From Alphaproteobacteria bacterium (GTDB lineage Bacteria; Pseudomonadota; Alphaproteobacteria; SP197), in the NCBI GenBank assembly GCA_965228895.1, contig OZ245842.1, positions 4,192,001-4,256,000 on the forward strand: DNA of 64,000 bases. Reading direction: 5' to 3'. Shown piece by piece: positions 1-9,813 of this stretch; within the stretch, counting starts at the first letter, position 1; each line of letters opens with the position of its first letter. The translations under genes were made by a program, and so were the position numbers. The notes below the pieces were generated by a model, which was not told the origin of the DNA, did not search any database, and was given only the letters and a program-made list of their open reading frames with translations.

Positions 1-2683
1 ACGCGCCGCGCTGGTTGCCGAGATCGTCGATGGCCGTTTGCGGTTGCGTTGGGTCGGCGCACAGGCGACAGCTGACGCGGCCATGGTCTTGCGCCACATT
101 GCCGACGATCTGGCGGCGTTCGCGGCTTGGGCGACGGAGCAGCGCGCGCCGCTCCGTACGCCCTTGGACTTCCCGTTGGCCAGCTTGACGGCGGATGAGC
201 TTAAGGCAATCTCAGGCGACGAGTCCGATATCCAGGACATCTATCCGCTGTCGCCGATGCAGGAAGCGATGCTGGTTCATTCGCTGTCGGCAACCGGGTC
301 GGAAGTGAACTTCGAGCAAAGCTGCACGCGTTTTACCGGTCCTCTCGATGTTGCGGCCTTTCAACGCGCCTGGACTTATGTCTTCGACCGCCATCCGGTT
401 CTGCGCACGACGTTTCGCTGGCGCGGACTCGAACGGCCGCTTCAGATCGTTCACCGTCACGTGCCGGCACCGTTGGCTGTCGAGACATGGTCCGCGTTCG
501 ACCAAACAAAGCTGGACGACACGCTGGCCGATGATCGCGCCTTGGGTTTCGATCTGGAAACCGGTCCGCTCGTGCGCATGCGGTTGATCAAGACAGCAAC
601 CGACGTAGCCTACCTGATCGCGAGCTTTCATCACCTGCTGGTCGACGGCTGGTGCCTTTCCCGATTGGATTGGGAAGTGCGCGCGGCCTATGAGGCCTTT
701 CATCGTGGTACGCCACCAATGCTTGAAACCGTTGCACCCTATCGCGACTACATCGCTTGGCTCGCCGAGGTCGATCGCGGCGCGATGCGGCGGTACTTCG
801 CGGCAGGCCTGGCGAACCCGCCGGACCAACTGCCGATCCGCACGGTCGAGCCGCAGCGGGGTTTTGCGACGGCGCGTGTCGTCCTTGATCCAGCGACAAG
901 CCGCGGGCTGAATGGATTGGCACGCCGGCGCGGCGTGACGATCGGCGCGCTGGCCCATCTGGCGTGGGGATTGTGGTCGGCGGCCAGTCGCGGCCGGGCG
1001 GACACGGTCTTCTGCACCACGGTCTCCGGGCGTCCGCCGAACATTCCGGGTGTCGAGCAGATGGTCGGTCTGTTCATCAACAACCTGCCGCTCAGGCTGC
1101 AGTTCGACGACCGGACGCCGGTCGGCGACCTCGCCGCCGGTGTGCAAACGCAACTCGGCGAGCTGCAAAGTCACGCCTACATCTCGCCCCTTGAAGTGTT
1201 GGACGCGGCCGATGCGGCCGATCGCGCGGCGGGCCTGTTCGATACGCTGGTGGTGGTCGAGAACGTGCCGTCGGGCACCAGCGCATGGGCCGGCTCCACT
1301 GACCTGTCGGTCGAGTCCGTCCACGGCACACTCAAGACAGCCTATGGCCTGACCTTTGTTGTCATCCCCGGCGAGGAGATCGTGCTCTCCCTGGTGCTGC
1401 CGGATGCCGATGGCGGCGCCGGCGAGGAGGGCGAGGCTATCCTCGCCGAGATCAGCGCCATCCTGACCGCCCTGCCGTCAACGATCGACGGGATGGTGGC
1501 AGACCTGCCTCTACCGGCCGCGCGGGATCCGGAGCGCCCGTCGCCCTCCCGGGCCGCCCGGACACCTGGCTCCCTGACCGAGAGGCCGCGCAGCACCCTG
1601 GAGGCGATCGTCGCCGATACCGTCGCCGCCTTGGTCGATGGTGATATCGGTCTTGATGATGACTTCGCGGCGCTGGGCCTGACCTCACTCAGCATTGCCA
1701 ATCTCGCGGCGCGTCTTGCCGCGCAGCTGGATCGGCCGGTGCCGGTGACACTGATGCTGGAGCATCGCAGCGTGGCCGCCTTGGCGGCGGCGCTCGGCAA
1801 GGGCCAAGCCTGGGACGCCGTCGTTCCGATGTCGGGCGGAACGGGCGAACCGTTCGTCTGTGTTCATCCGATTGCCGGCGATGTCAGCGCTTTTTTGGAT
1901 CTGGCGCAGGCCATGCCGGACGACATTCCTTTGTGGGCGCTTCAGGCACCAGGCTTGGAACCGGGGCAAGCGCCCATCGACAGCGTCGAATGTTTGGCCG
2001 CGGCAAATCTGGCGGCCCTATCCCAGCGCGGTCTTTCAGACCCGAAATGGCTGGGCGGCTATTCGTTCGGCGGCATCGTGGCCTTCGAGATGGCGCGCCA
2101 ACTGGCGGCAAATGACATGGTCACCGAACGCGTCGTCATCATCGATACGCCAGCGCCCCTCGGCCATGTTTCGGTTCTCAGCAGCGACCCCGATGACGCC
2201 CATGCCGAATGGCTGCTGCGCATGGCCGATGTCAGGGCGCGCTATCACAGATCGACGACGCCGTTCGATCTCAACGACCTGCTGCAACGTGACCGCACCG
2301 AACGGATCCGGTTCGCGACACAGCGTCTGCATGACAGCGGGATGCTGCCGCAGGACGCCGATGCCGCCTGGCTGGAGCGGGCCCACCACACGGGCATGAC
2401 GCTTTACGAAGCGTTCCTGAACTATGCACCGGACCCGGCCGCGGCACGTGACCTGCCCCTTGGCTTAATTCGCGCTTCAAACCAGGCGTCCGGCGACCTC
2501 GAAGAGGTGGAAGAACGTTGGCGCGACGATCCGACCATGGGTTGGTCTCAGTTCATCGATGGGCCGATTGATATCGTGACCGTCGAAGGCGACCACGTCT
2601 CGATCCTGGCCGGGAAACAAGCCGATGCGGTGGCGCGGGCGATCAAGGCGATGCTTGAACGTGTGCCCGCCGCGGCGCAGTGA
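1..2683 (+). CDS. NRPS, 5'-partial: end of epimerization domain - condensation - PCP - thioesterase (no A domain in the final module)
   Basis: Frame is open from the window start. TPLDFPLASL E-domain tail, IYPLSPMQ and HHLLVDGW (C domain), DFAALGLTSL (PCP Ser), GYSFGG and GDHVSI (TE). Confidence 0.93.
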   Translation, partial: RAALVAEIVDGRLRLRWVGAQATADAAMVLRHIADDLAAFAAWATEQRAPLRTPLDFPLASLTADELKAISGDESDIQDIYPLSPMQEAMLVHSLSATGSEVNFEQSCTRFTGPLDVAAFQRAWTYVFDRHPVLRTTFRWRGLERPLQIVHRHVPAPLAVETWSAFDQTKLDDTLADDRALGFDLETGPLVRMRLIKTATDVAYLIASFHHLLVDGWCLSRLDWEVRAAYEAFHRGTPPMLETVAPYRDYIAWLAEVDRGAMRRYFAAGLANPPDQLPIRTVEPQRGFATARVVLDPATSRGLNGLARRRGVTIGALAHLAWGLWSAASRGRADTVFCTTVSGRPPNIPGVEQMVGLFINNLPLRLQFDDRTPVGDLAAGVQTQLGELQSHAYISPLEVLDAADAADRAAGLFDTLVVVENVPSGTSAWAGSTDLSVESVHGTLKTAYGLTFVVIPGEEIVLSLVLPDADGGAGEEGEAILAEISAILTALPSTIDGMVADLPLPAARDPERPSPSRAARTPGSLTERPRSTLEAIVADTVAALVDGDIGLDDDFAALGLTSLSIANLAARLAAQLDRPVPVTLMLEHRSVAALAAALGKGQAWDAVVPMSGGTGEPFVCVHPIAGDVSAFLDLAQAMPDDIPLWALQAPGLEPGQAPIDSVECLAAANLAALSQRGLSDPKWLGGYSFGGIVAFEMARQLAANDMVTERVVIIDTPAPLGHVSVLSSDPDDAHAEWLLRMADVRARYHRSTTPFDLNDLLQRDRTERIRFATQRLHDSGMLPQDADAAWLERAHHTGMTLYEAFLNYAPDPAAARDLPLGLIRASNQASGDLEEVEERWRDDPTMGWSQFIDGPIDIVTVEGDHVSILAGKQADAVARAIKAMLERVPAAAQ

Positions 2684-2692
2684 CGGCCCGTT

Positions 2693-3559
2693 CTAGACGC
2701 GAACTTCCGGGAACATATCGCCGGTAATCGGTTTGCCGACATCAAGGTCCACATCAAAGCCGGCTTCGATCAATTGCTTGACGACGGGCTGGCCATGCGG
2801 CGCCAAGACGGCGGTTTCGTCGACCCATCGGGTGACCATGCGTCGGGTGTCGTAGTCCAGCGTGTTGCCGGGTGCGCCGTGCAACGCGCGGGCGTGAAAC
2901 ACAATGCAGTCGCCGGGTTCCATGTCCCAGGCGAGAATGTCGTACGCGTCGCGATCGGCCTCAATATCCGGCACCGGTGAAAAGACATCGCCGTCGGCGC
3001 GCAATCCCATCTTGCCGTGGTAGGCGACATAGAACTGTTCAGCACCGGCGACGTTGTCGTCGGTCTGTTGCTCAAAGAAACTCTTGGGCATAAGAAGCTG
3101 ATCCCACTTGTGCGAACCCCGCACAAACTCCAGCGCCGCCTCGCGTGGTATCGGATCGAGCGCAACCCAGACCGAGCAGAACGGCCCAAGGACGACGTTG
3201 TCGTGGTGCCACGGCGTACGCTCAAACGTGCCGGGGCTCTTGACGAACCACGTATCCTGCAGAAGCCGTACGCGATCTGTCCGAAGACACTGCGCGGCGA
3301 TCGAAGCGGAAGGCGAATGAAGCGCGAAGTCCTCGAACTCCTCAACATAGCGACGCGCCCACATATCAGACAGAAAGGCGCCGCCATCATCGCTGGACAT
3401 GCTCTGAAACAAGGCACTTGGGTGCTCAATGTTCTTGCGGATTCCGTCACCCGCCAGATCGACCCAGTGCTCTGAGAACGCGCCTCGAAGACAGATCGCA
3501 CCATTGACATCAAGCTCGGCTATTGCGGCGTTATCGAGCACGGCAGCTTCAGGACTCAT
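2693..3559 (-). CDS. Phytanoyl-CoA dioxygenase (PhyH)-family Fe(II)/2OG oxygenase
   Basis: TPWHHD and MEPGDCIVFHARALHG (HxD...H triad), VWVALD, LEFVRGSH. Start could extend to 3598. Confidence 0.88.
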   Translation of the reverse strand: MSPEAAVLDNAAIAELDVNGAICLRGAFSEHWVDLAGDGIRKNIEHPSALFQSMSSDDGGAFLSDMWARRYVEEFEDFALHSPSASIAAQCLRTDRVRLLQDTWFVKSPGTFERTPWHHDNVVLGPFCSVWVALDPIPREAALEFVRGSHKWDQLLMPKSFFEQQTDDNVAGAEQFYVAYHGKMGLRADGDVFSPVPDIEADRDAYDILAWDMEPGDCIVFHARALHGAPGNTLDYDTRRMVTRWVDETAVLAPHGQPVVKQLIEAGFDVDLDVGKPITGDMFPEVRV

Positions 3560-3766
3560 GTCGAACCTCGGGGCTGGTAGGTCGTGTGGTCGTCGCAATC
3601 AATTCGATATGACCACTGACTTGAGAGGCACGCCATTCTATCATCAACTTTGGTTGCACCTCTACGGAGCTTTTCAAAACCCACATGAACCAACGCATTT
3701 CGATTCCAAATCTGTGTGTTGCACAGTGAGACTGGATGCGTATTCCTGGAACGTGCTGGTCGCGCC

Positions 3767-4555
3767 GTGAGTGAACGGTCATCGATACACAGCGGATCCT
3801 GGATGCGGATCTTGCGCCCGTCGTCGTCCAACGTGACGATCGTCTGTTTTCCGCACGCCGGCGCGGGCATCCTGTCGGTCGCTAAGCTGGCACGGTCAAT
3901 CCCCGATCGATTCGGTCTCGTCGCGGTCACCCTGCCCGGCAGGGAACCCGGCGACAACGTGGCGCCGCCGCGCCGGGCCGCAGCGGCGGGCAGCAAACTC
4001 GCTGGCGATCTAGCCACGCACATCAAGTACGACGACGGGTCGGCTCGTCTCGTGTTGCTCGGCAACAGTTACGGCGCACTCCTCGCCTTCGAGACGGCCC
4101 GATCACTTCAAGCCTTGCCCGACGTTCATCTTGATCCAGACACGGTGCAACTCGTTGTTTCGGGATTCCGTTCGCCGTCATTGCCACCAAGTGAGGCCCC
4201 GCTCTTTCGCCTGCCAACACCGGATCTTTTTGCCGAACTTGCCGACCGGTTCGGTGTTCCCGTTGACGAACTGGAAGCAGCCGGCCTCTACGGCTTGGAG
4301 GACGCTCTGCGTGCGGACCTGGAGGCTTGTGACACGTACCGTGTCGGCGACGGCCCGATGCTCGACAATCGCATTGATATCCTGCGGATGACGCAAGATC
4401 CTTCGGTCTCTCGACCCGAGCTGAGGGCCTGGCAAGATGTGACGACGGGTCCGGTGGTCACGACCGACGTTGAGGCCGGTCATTTTCCGTGGACCTCCCA
4501 ACCCGACGCGGTGGCAGCGGTCATCGTCTCGCTAACGGCCGGCTTCGACGTCTGA
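3767..4555 (+). CDS. Type II (editing) thioesterase
   Basis: CFPHAGAG, LPGRE, GNSYGA nucleophile motif, ALRADL, W...TT, GHF. Start uncertain (3716/3767/3803). Confidence 0.9.
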   Translation: MSERSSIHSGSWMRILRPSSSNVTIVCFPHAGAGILSVAKLARSIPDRFGLVAVTLPGREPGDNVAPPRRAAAAGSKLAGDLATHIKYDDGSARLVLLGNSYGALLAFETARSLQALPDVHLDPDTVQLVVSGFRSPSLPPSEAPLFRLPTPDLFAELADRFGVPVDELEAAGLYGLEDALRADLEACDTYRVGDGPMLDNRIDILRMTQDPSVSRPELRAWQDVTTGPVVTTDVEAGHFPWTSQPDAVAAVIVSLTAGFDV

Positions 4556-4909
4556 GAACGACGTCGTTTGGCGTCCCGCCGCACACCGGTCGAATGGCGT
4601 TGTCGATGCGTTGGCGGCCGGTTGTTCATGGCCGTCCCAGCGCATAACTCGATTGCGTGTCACATTGTCATCACAGCAACAGAAGACTAAGTGGAAATGT
4701 GCGGATCTATTTGATTTTGCAGTATATTTTTTACTAGAAACTGGATTATGTTGTTGCACGAAAAAGCAATGAACCATAGCCTTACTGCGTCGGCGCAGTC
4801 AGATGAGATCCTTTAGGCAATGCGTGTCTTGAAGGCGGTTTCGCGGTTGCTTGGATACCGGATCTACGACGGCTTCAAGTAGCTTTTCTGGACGAAGACC
4901 GGTGGTGAT

Positions 4910-7690
4910 TTGAGTCGATTTGCAATAGGTCATTCCAAGAGCCGTACCAAAGAGAAGCTGGAGCAGATCTACGCGACAGCTTGTCAATGGCTGGAGGTGG
5001 AGCCCGATGACGGTTTCGTCGACGCGGTGCTGCACGAAGGGCTGGAAAGCCCAAACGGCGATCTCGGCAGCCTACTGATATCCAAGCTCCTGACCGAAAA
5101 GTTCGCCATGCCGTCGGGCGCACTTGGTCTGATCGGGATCGGTCTGCTCCACGCCATTGTGGATGCGAATGATACGAGCGACGTCGACGCTTCCGGGAAG
5201 TATGGCAACATTGTCGTGTCGACCGACGAGGTCTCTGACCTCGAAGGTCTCGCCTCGCGTTTGCTGCTTCCGCAAGTCGATCCGACCGATGTCAGACGCG
5301 CCGCGGCGTTTGTCGCGTTCTTGTTGTCGACTCACGGTCCCAAGGTTCTCATCGCGTTTGGGCGCGCCATGGGTCCCGGCGACTCGGTCGATAAGGCAAG
5401 CATGGCGGCCACCGGCAAGTCGGCTGCTGTCCTTGAACTCGAATGGCAAAGCACAGCCAGCGACCAGAACCTCACAATGGGGCCTTGGCATGTTCTGACG
5501 TGGACGGCCAAGGCCGCGCGACATTTTCCGAAACTGCTGCTCTTCTTCCTTGTCGCGAATGCCGTCCAGATCGCCTACAGCGTCGTTGTGCCCGTTTGGA
5601 TTCAGCAGTTGTTCGACGAAGGCATACAGAAAGACCACATCGGCGTTATTGAGCTCATGCTCACGTTTCTTGTTGTCGGGTTTCTTCTGACGTCAGCCGC
5701 CGGCGTCCTGCTGGATTATTGCGTTGCCGCCTTAGGCCCAAAGATGCTCGAACGCATGCGCTTTCGCATGTTCACCAAACTGCAGCAGATGTCCGCGCGA
5801 TCGCTGTCGCGATACGGAACCGACGAGATTGTCTCCAACTTCTCCAACGATCTGACGGTGCTGGAAAAAGCAGTCATTTGGTCGGTTCCCGGACTGTTCG
5901 CCAAGAGCCTGATACTCGTAGGGTCGGTGGGTATCGCGTTTCACCTCGATTGGCAGTTGGCCGTGCCCATGCTGACGGCAATGACTTTAGCGTTCTGGTT
6001 ACCGCGCCTGATCGGCAAGTGGGCGCTGAGGAAGACCCACGAACGCGGGATCGAGGATGCGAAACTCATTCGCGTGGTGAAAGAGAATGCCCTGTTGCAG
6101 CGCGTCATTCACGCATTCGGCTTGAGACCGACCCTTGTCGATCGGTTCAAGGAACAGCTCGACGGTCTCTACCGCTCAAGCTTGGGGCAGTACTTCTCTT
6201 CGGGATTGGTCGGCCGGGCCACCAACTTCGGCATTAGCGGCAGCCAACTGATCGTCATCGGTCTGGGCGCCGTTCTCTCGGTCGAGGGCGATGTATCGCC
6301 CGGCACGATTGTGGCGTTCATCACGCTGCTGCTCAGTATCGGTGGCGCGGCCGGTTTTATCGGCGCGCAGTTACCGGTCCTGATTCAGGCCGTCGGCAGC
6401 CTGCAGCGCATCGAGACCTTTCTGGCCCAACCGGTCGAGATCAAACAACCAGATACGGTTGAGTCGATGGCGTTGCCCTTGAAGGCCGTGACCTTCGACA
6501 GTGTTTCGTTCAGCTATCAAGGCGACAAGCTAAACCTGAGCAACGTATCGATGCAGATCGACACGCCACAGCGCGTCGCCATCGTGGGTCCTTCTGGGTC
6601 GGGCAAGAGCACGCTGCTTAGCCTGATCGAACATCAGTTCGATCCGACCAACGGGCGAATTTTTTTGAACGGCATTGATCTGCGGATGATCGGCGAAGAG
6701 CAGCATAACGCGCTGATCAATGTCGTGCCGCAGGAGCCACTTCTGTTCCAGACGTCCGTGCGCGAGAACATTCGCATGGGTAAACTTGATGCCACGGACG
6801 AGGAGATCGAGGAAGCGGCGAAGAAGGCGGAAATCCACGACTTCATCGCAAGTTTGCCCGACGGATACAACACAGACACGGGCGAAGCCGGCCGGAAGTT
6901 TTCCGGTGGTCAGCGCCAACGTATCGCAATTGCCCGCGCTATCATCAACAACCCGGAGATCCTGTTGCTCGATGAGGCGACATCGGCCTTGGACGAAGCC
7001 AGCGCCGCTGCGATCAATGAGACGCTGGAGCGGGTGACCCGCGGGCGCACCGTCTTTGCTGTTACCCACCATCTCAACGACTGCGAGGCGATGGATCTGG
7101 TTCTCGTGTTGAAGGACGGCGAGATTGTCGAAAGCGGGACTCACCAGGACCTGGTGGGGCGCGAAGGCGCCTATGCGGACCTGTGGAGCGCCCACACAAT
7201 CGCCAATGCAACCGATGATCTGTCGACGGACGACATCATCAGAATGCTGAGGCGTTTCGCCTTGTTCGAGGATCTTCCGACGGAAACGATCGAGAGCGTG
7301 TTCAAGGGGATGCGGCTCGAGACCGTGCAGACCGGCACCAATTTGCTGGAGGAGGGACAACCAGTTGAGCGTTTCATCCTCATTGTCAAAGGAACGGTCG
7401 AGAGAACCGTGCGTATGCCTAGTGGCCAAATTCATGAGCTGGAGTTGCTTGATGCCGGCGATGCGTTGGGTGAGTACACAATCCTCGACGATGCACGAAA
7501 CCCGGCTACCGCCACAACGACAACGGTCTGCTCACTCCTGTCGATCAACAAAGCAAAGCTCCTCAATCTGTTGGGTAGCGATGCGAGAATGCTGACGCAC
7601 ATCAAAACGATGCTTCGCGCACGCGAAGACGAGATAAGGGAGCACATCACGTGGAGGAAACTGCACGAGCTGGCCATCCCCCGAACTTAG
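4910..7690 (+). CDS. ABC exporter (TMD+ATPase) with ~200-aa N-terminal extension and C-terminal cyclic-nucleotide-binding domain
   Basis: Six-TM block, Walker A GPSGSGKST, FSGGQRQR, LLLDEATSALD. C-terminus LRRFALFEDL...GDALGEYTILDDARNPATATT resembles a cNMP-binding domain. Confidence 0.9.
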   Translation: MSRFAIGHSKSRTKEKLEQIYATACQWLEVEPDDGFVDAVLHEGLESPNGDLGSLLISKLLTEKFAMPSGALGLIGIGLLHAIVDANDTSDVDASGKYGNIVVSTDEVSDLEGLASRLLLPQVDPTDVRRAAAFVAFLLSTHGPKVLIAFGRAMGPGDSVDKASMAATGKSAAVLELEWQSTASDQNLTMGPWHVLTWTAKAARHFPKLLLFFLVANAVQIAYSVVVPVWIQQLFDEGIQKDHIGVIELMLTFLVVGFLLTSAAGVLLDYCVAALGPKMLERMRFRMFTKLQQMSARSLSRYGTDEIVSNFSNDLTVLEKAVIWSVPGLFAKSLILVGSVGIAFHLDWQLAVPMLTAMTLAFWLPRLIGKWALRKTHERGIEDAKLIRVVKENALLQRVIHAFGLRPTLVDRFKEQLDGLYRSSLGQYFSSGLVGRATNFGISGSQLIVIGLGAVLSVEGDVSPGTIVAFITLLLSIGGAAGFIGAQLPVLIQAVGSLQRIETFLAQPVEIKQPDTVESMALPLKAVTFDSVSFSYQGDKLNLSNVSMQIDTPQRVAIVGPSGSGKSTLLSLIEHQFDPTNGRIFLNGIDLRMIGEEQHNALINVVPQEPLLFQTSVRENIRMGKLDATDEEIEEAAKKAEIHDFIASLPDGYNTDTGEAGRKFSGGQRQRIAIARAIINNPEILLLDEATSALDEASAAAINETLERVTRGRTVFAVTHHLNDCEAMDLVLVLKDGEIVESGTHQDLVGREGAYADLWSAHTIANATDDLSTDDIIRMLRRFALFEDLPTETIESVFKGMRLETVQTGTNLLEEGQPVERFILIVKGTVERTVRMPSGQIHELELLDAGDALGEYTILDDARNPATATTTTVCSLLSINKAKLLNLLGSDARMLTHIKTMLRAREDEIREHITWRKLHELAIPRT

Positions 7691-9813
7691 ACGCCGAGCA
7701 GCCGGACCTAACCAACGCGACAACGCTGGCCCAGGTCCTTGCTCGCCGCGCCTCGGGGACCGACCCCAACTGGTCGATCACGTTTCTCGACAGCACCGGA
7801 AACGAGGCCGATCGCTGGAGTCTGGGTGATCTGGAGACCCGAACCCGTACGATTGCCGCACGGCTGGGCGCCGCCACCGCGCCTGGCGATCCCGTCCTGC
7901 TGGTGTTTCAACCGGGCTTGGAGTTTTTCGCCGGCTTCCTGGCATGCCAATGGTCCGGCCGGCTTGCGGTGCCGATCAATCCGCCGCGACGCAACCGTCT
8001 GCTTGGCCGGCTGGAGTCCGTGGTCCGCGACTGTGGTGCGAAGGTCGGGTTAAACGGTCCCGGCCTCCTGGACTCTGTCAGCCAATGGCAGTCGACCAGC
8101 CCGGTCCTCGCCGATATCGAGTGGCACGATGTCGACCGTTTGGACGAGGTACTTGCCGGCCAACCTCATGACGCCCAACCCGACGACGTTGCGTTCATCC
8201 AATACACCTCCGGCTCCACGTCCCAGCCCAAGGGCGTCAAAGTCTCGAACCGCAACCTGATGGACGACATGGCGCGTATGGCCGATGTCTGGGCGATCAC
8301 GCCCGACAGCGTCATGGTGACCTGGTTGCCGGCATTTCACGATCTCGGCCTCATCTTCGGCCTGCTACAGCCGCTCTTTTCCGGTTGTCCCGTGGTTCAG
8401 CTCGCGCCCAATTCATTTCTGCAACGTCCAGGCCTCTGGCTCGAGGCGATCACGCGCTATCGCGGCACGCACTCCGCGGCACCGAGCTTTGCCTACGACC
8501 TCTGCTGCCGGCGTATTCCTGAAGACCAGAGAGCCGCCCTGGACCTTTCAAGCCTGGTCATGACGATGAACGCGGCCGAACCCATCAACCCTGAGGTTTT
8601 TGAGCGTTTCGCCACGACGTTCGCTGCCGTCGGCTTTCAGCGCGATGCGTTCGCGCCTGCCTACGGGCTGGCGGAATCGACGCTGGCGGTAACCGCCAAC
8701 CCGACCGGTCATAAACCGGTCATGGTTCGCCTGGACACCGCCGCGCTGGAAAACCACACCATCAAACTGGCACCGGACGGCGACCCGTCGGGCAGGGTCC
8801 TGGCCGGTTGCGGTGCGCCGCTGCCGGATGTGCCGATCGCCATCGTCGACCCCGACACACAACGACGGTTGACGCCGGATCAGGTCGGCGAGATCTGGGT
8901 TGGCGGCCCGACGATTGCGCAGGGTTATTGGAAGCGCGACGACGAAACCGCCGCCACGTTCGGTGTCACGATTGATGGCGACACCGACACAGCGGGCTAC
9001 CTGCGTACAGGCGACCTGGGCGCCATGATCGATGGCGAGCTCGTCGTCACCGGACGTTTCAAGGACCTGATCATCATCAACGGCACCAACCACTATCCTC
9101 AGGATATCGAACGTACGGCTCAGTCAGCCCATCCGGCGCTTCGGATCGACAACGGCGCGGCTTTTTCGATTGAAGATGATCACGGCGTCGAACGGGTTAC
9201 CTTGGTGCAGGAGGTGGAGCGAACACAACGCAAGGCCGATCCCGCACCCGTCTTCGAAGCGGTCTCGGACGCGGTGTGGCGCACACTTGAGATTCCGATC
9301 GCCCGCACGGTCCTCGTCGACCCGGGCGCGGTCCTGCGGACATCCAGCGGCAAAATCCAACGCCTGGCGAACAAGCAAGCATACTTGGACGGCAAGCTGC
9401 CGATCATCGCCGAATGGCGCGCGACCACTGAGGCCGCCGCTGACGGGCCCGCTGCCGACCGCGACGCGCATGGTAAGGCCGATGGTCATGCCGACCTGAC
9501 GTCGTGGATCGTGACCTGGCTGGCCAAGCGGCTCGACGTGCCGGTTGGACAAATCGCCGTTGACCGCGGGTTCGCGGAGCTGGGGCTGGCCTCCATCGAT
9601 GCCGCAGAGTTTGCCTTCGATCTGGGCGACCACGTCGGACGCGAACTGCCCGAGACGCTCGCCTTCGACTACCCGACGGTGGCACGTGTTGTCGGACGCT
9701 TGTCAGGCGACACGGCGGACGGAAGATCGGAAACACCATCGCGGCGGGCCCCCGTCCAGCAAGGTTCCGACCTGGAGGATCTGTTGTCGGCCATTGAGCA
9801 GGAGAGCCCGTGA
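7651..9813 (+). CDS. Fatty acyl-AMP ligase fused to ACP (FAAL-ACP starter)
   Basis: AFIQYTSGSTSQPKGV, WLPAFHDLGLI, YGLAESTL, LRTGDLG, NHYPQDIE, RTSSGKIQR. C-terminal ACP FAELGLASIDA. Confidence 0.93.
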   Translation: MEETARAGHPPNLDAEQPDLTNATTLAQVLARRASGTDPNWSITFLDSTGNEADRWSLGDLETRTRTIAARLGAATAPGDPVLLVFQPGLEFFAGFLACQWSGRLAVPINPPRRNRLLGRLESVVRDCGAKVGLNGPGLLDSVSQWQSTSPVLADIEWHDVDRLDEVLAGQPHDAQPDDVAFIQYTSGSTSQPKGVKVSNRNLMDDMARMADVWAITPDSVMVTWLPAFHDLGLIFGLLQPLFSGCPVVQLAPNSFLQRPGLWLEAITRYRGTHSAAPSFAYDLCCRRIPEDQRAALDLSSLVMTMNAAEPINPEVFERFATTFAAVGFQRDAFAPAYGLAESTLAVTANPTGHKPVMVRLDTAALENHTIKLAPDGDPSGRVLAGCGAPLPDVPIAIVDPDTQRRLTPDQVGEIWVGGPTIAQGYWKRDDETAATFGVTIDGDTDTAGYLRTGDLGAMIDGELVVTGRFKDLIIINGTNHYPQDIERTAQSAHPALRIDNGAAFSIEDDHGVERVTLVQEVERTQRKADPAPVFEAVSDAVWRTLEIPIARTVLVDPGAVLRTSSGKIQRLANKQAYLDGKLPIIAEWRATTEAAADGPAADRDAHGKADGHADLTSWIVTWLAKRLDVPVGQIAVDRGFAELGLASIDAAEFAFDLGDHVGRELPETLAFDYPTVARVVGRLSGDTADGRSETPSRRAPVQQGSDLEDLLSAIEQESP

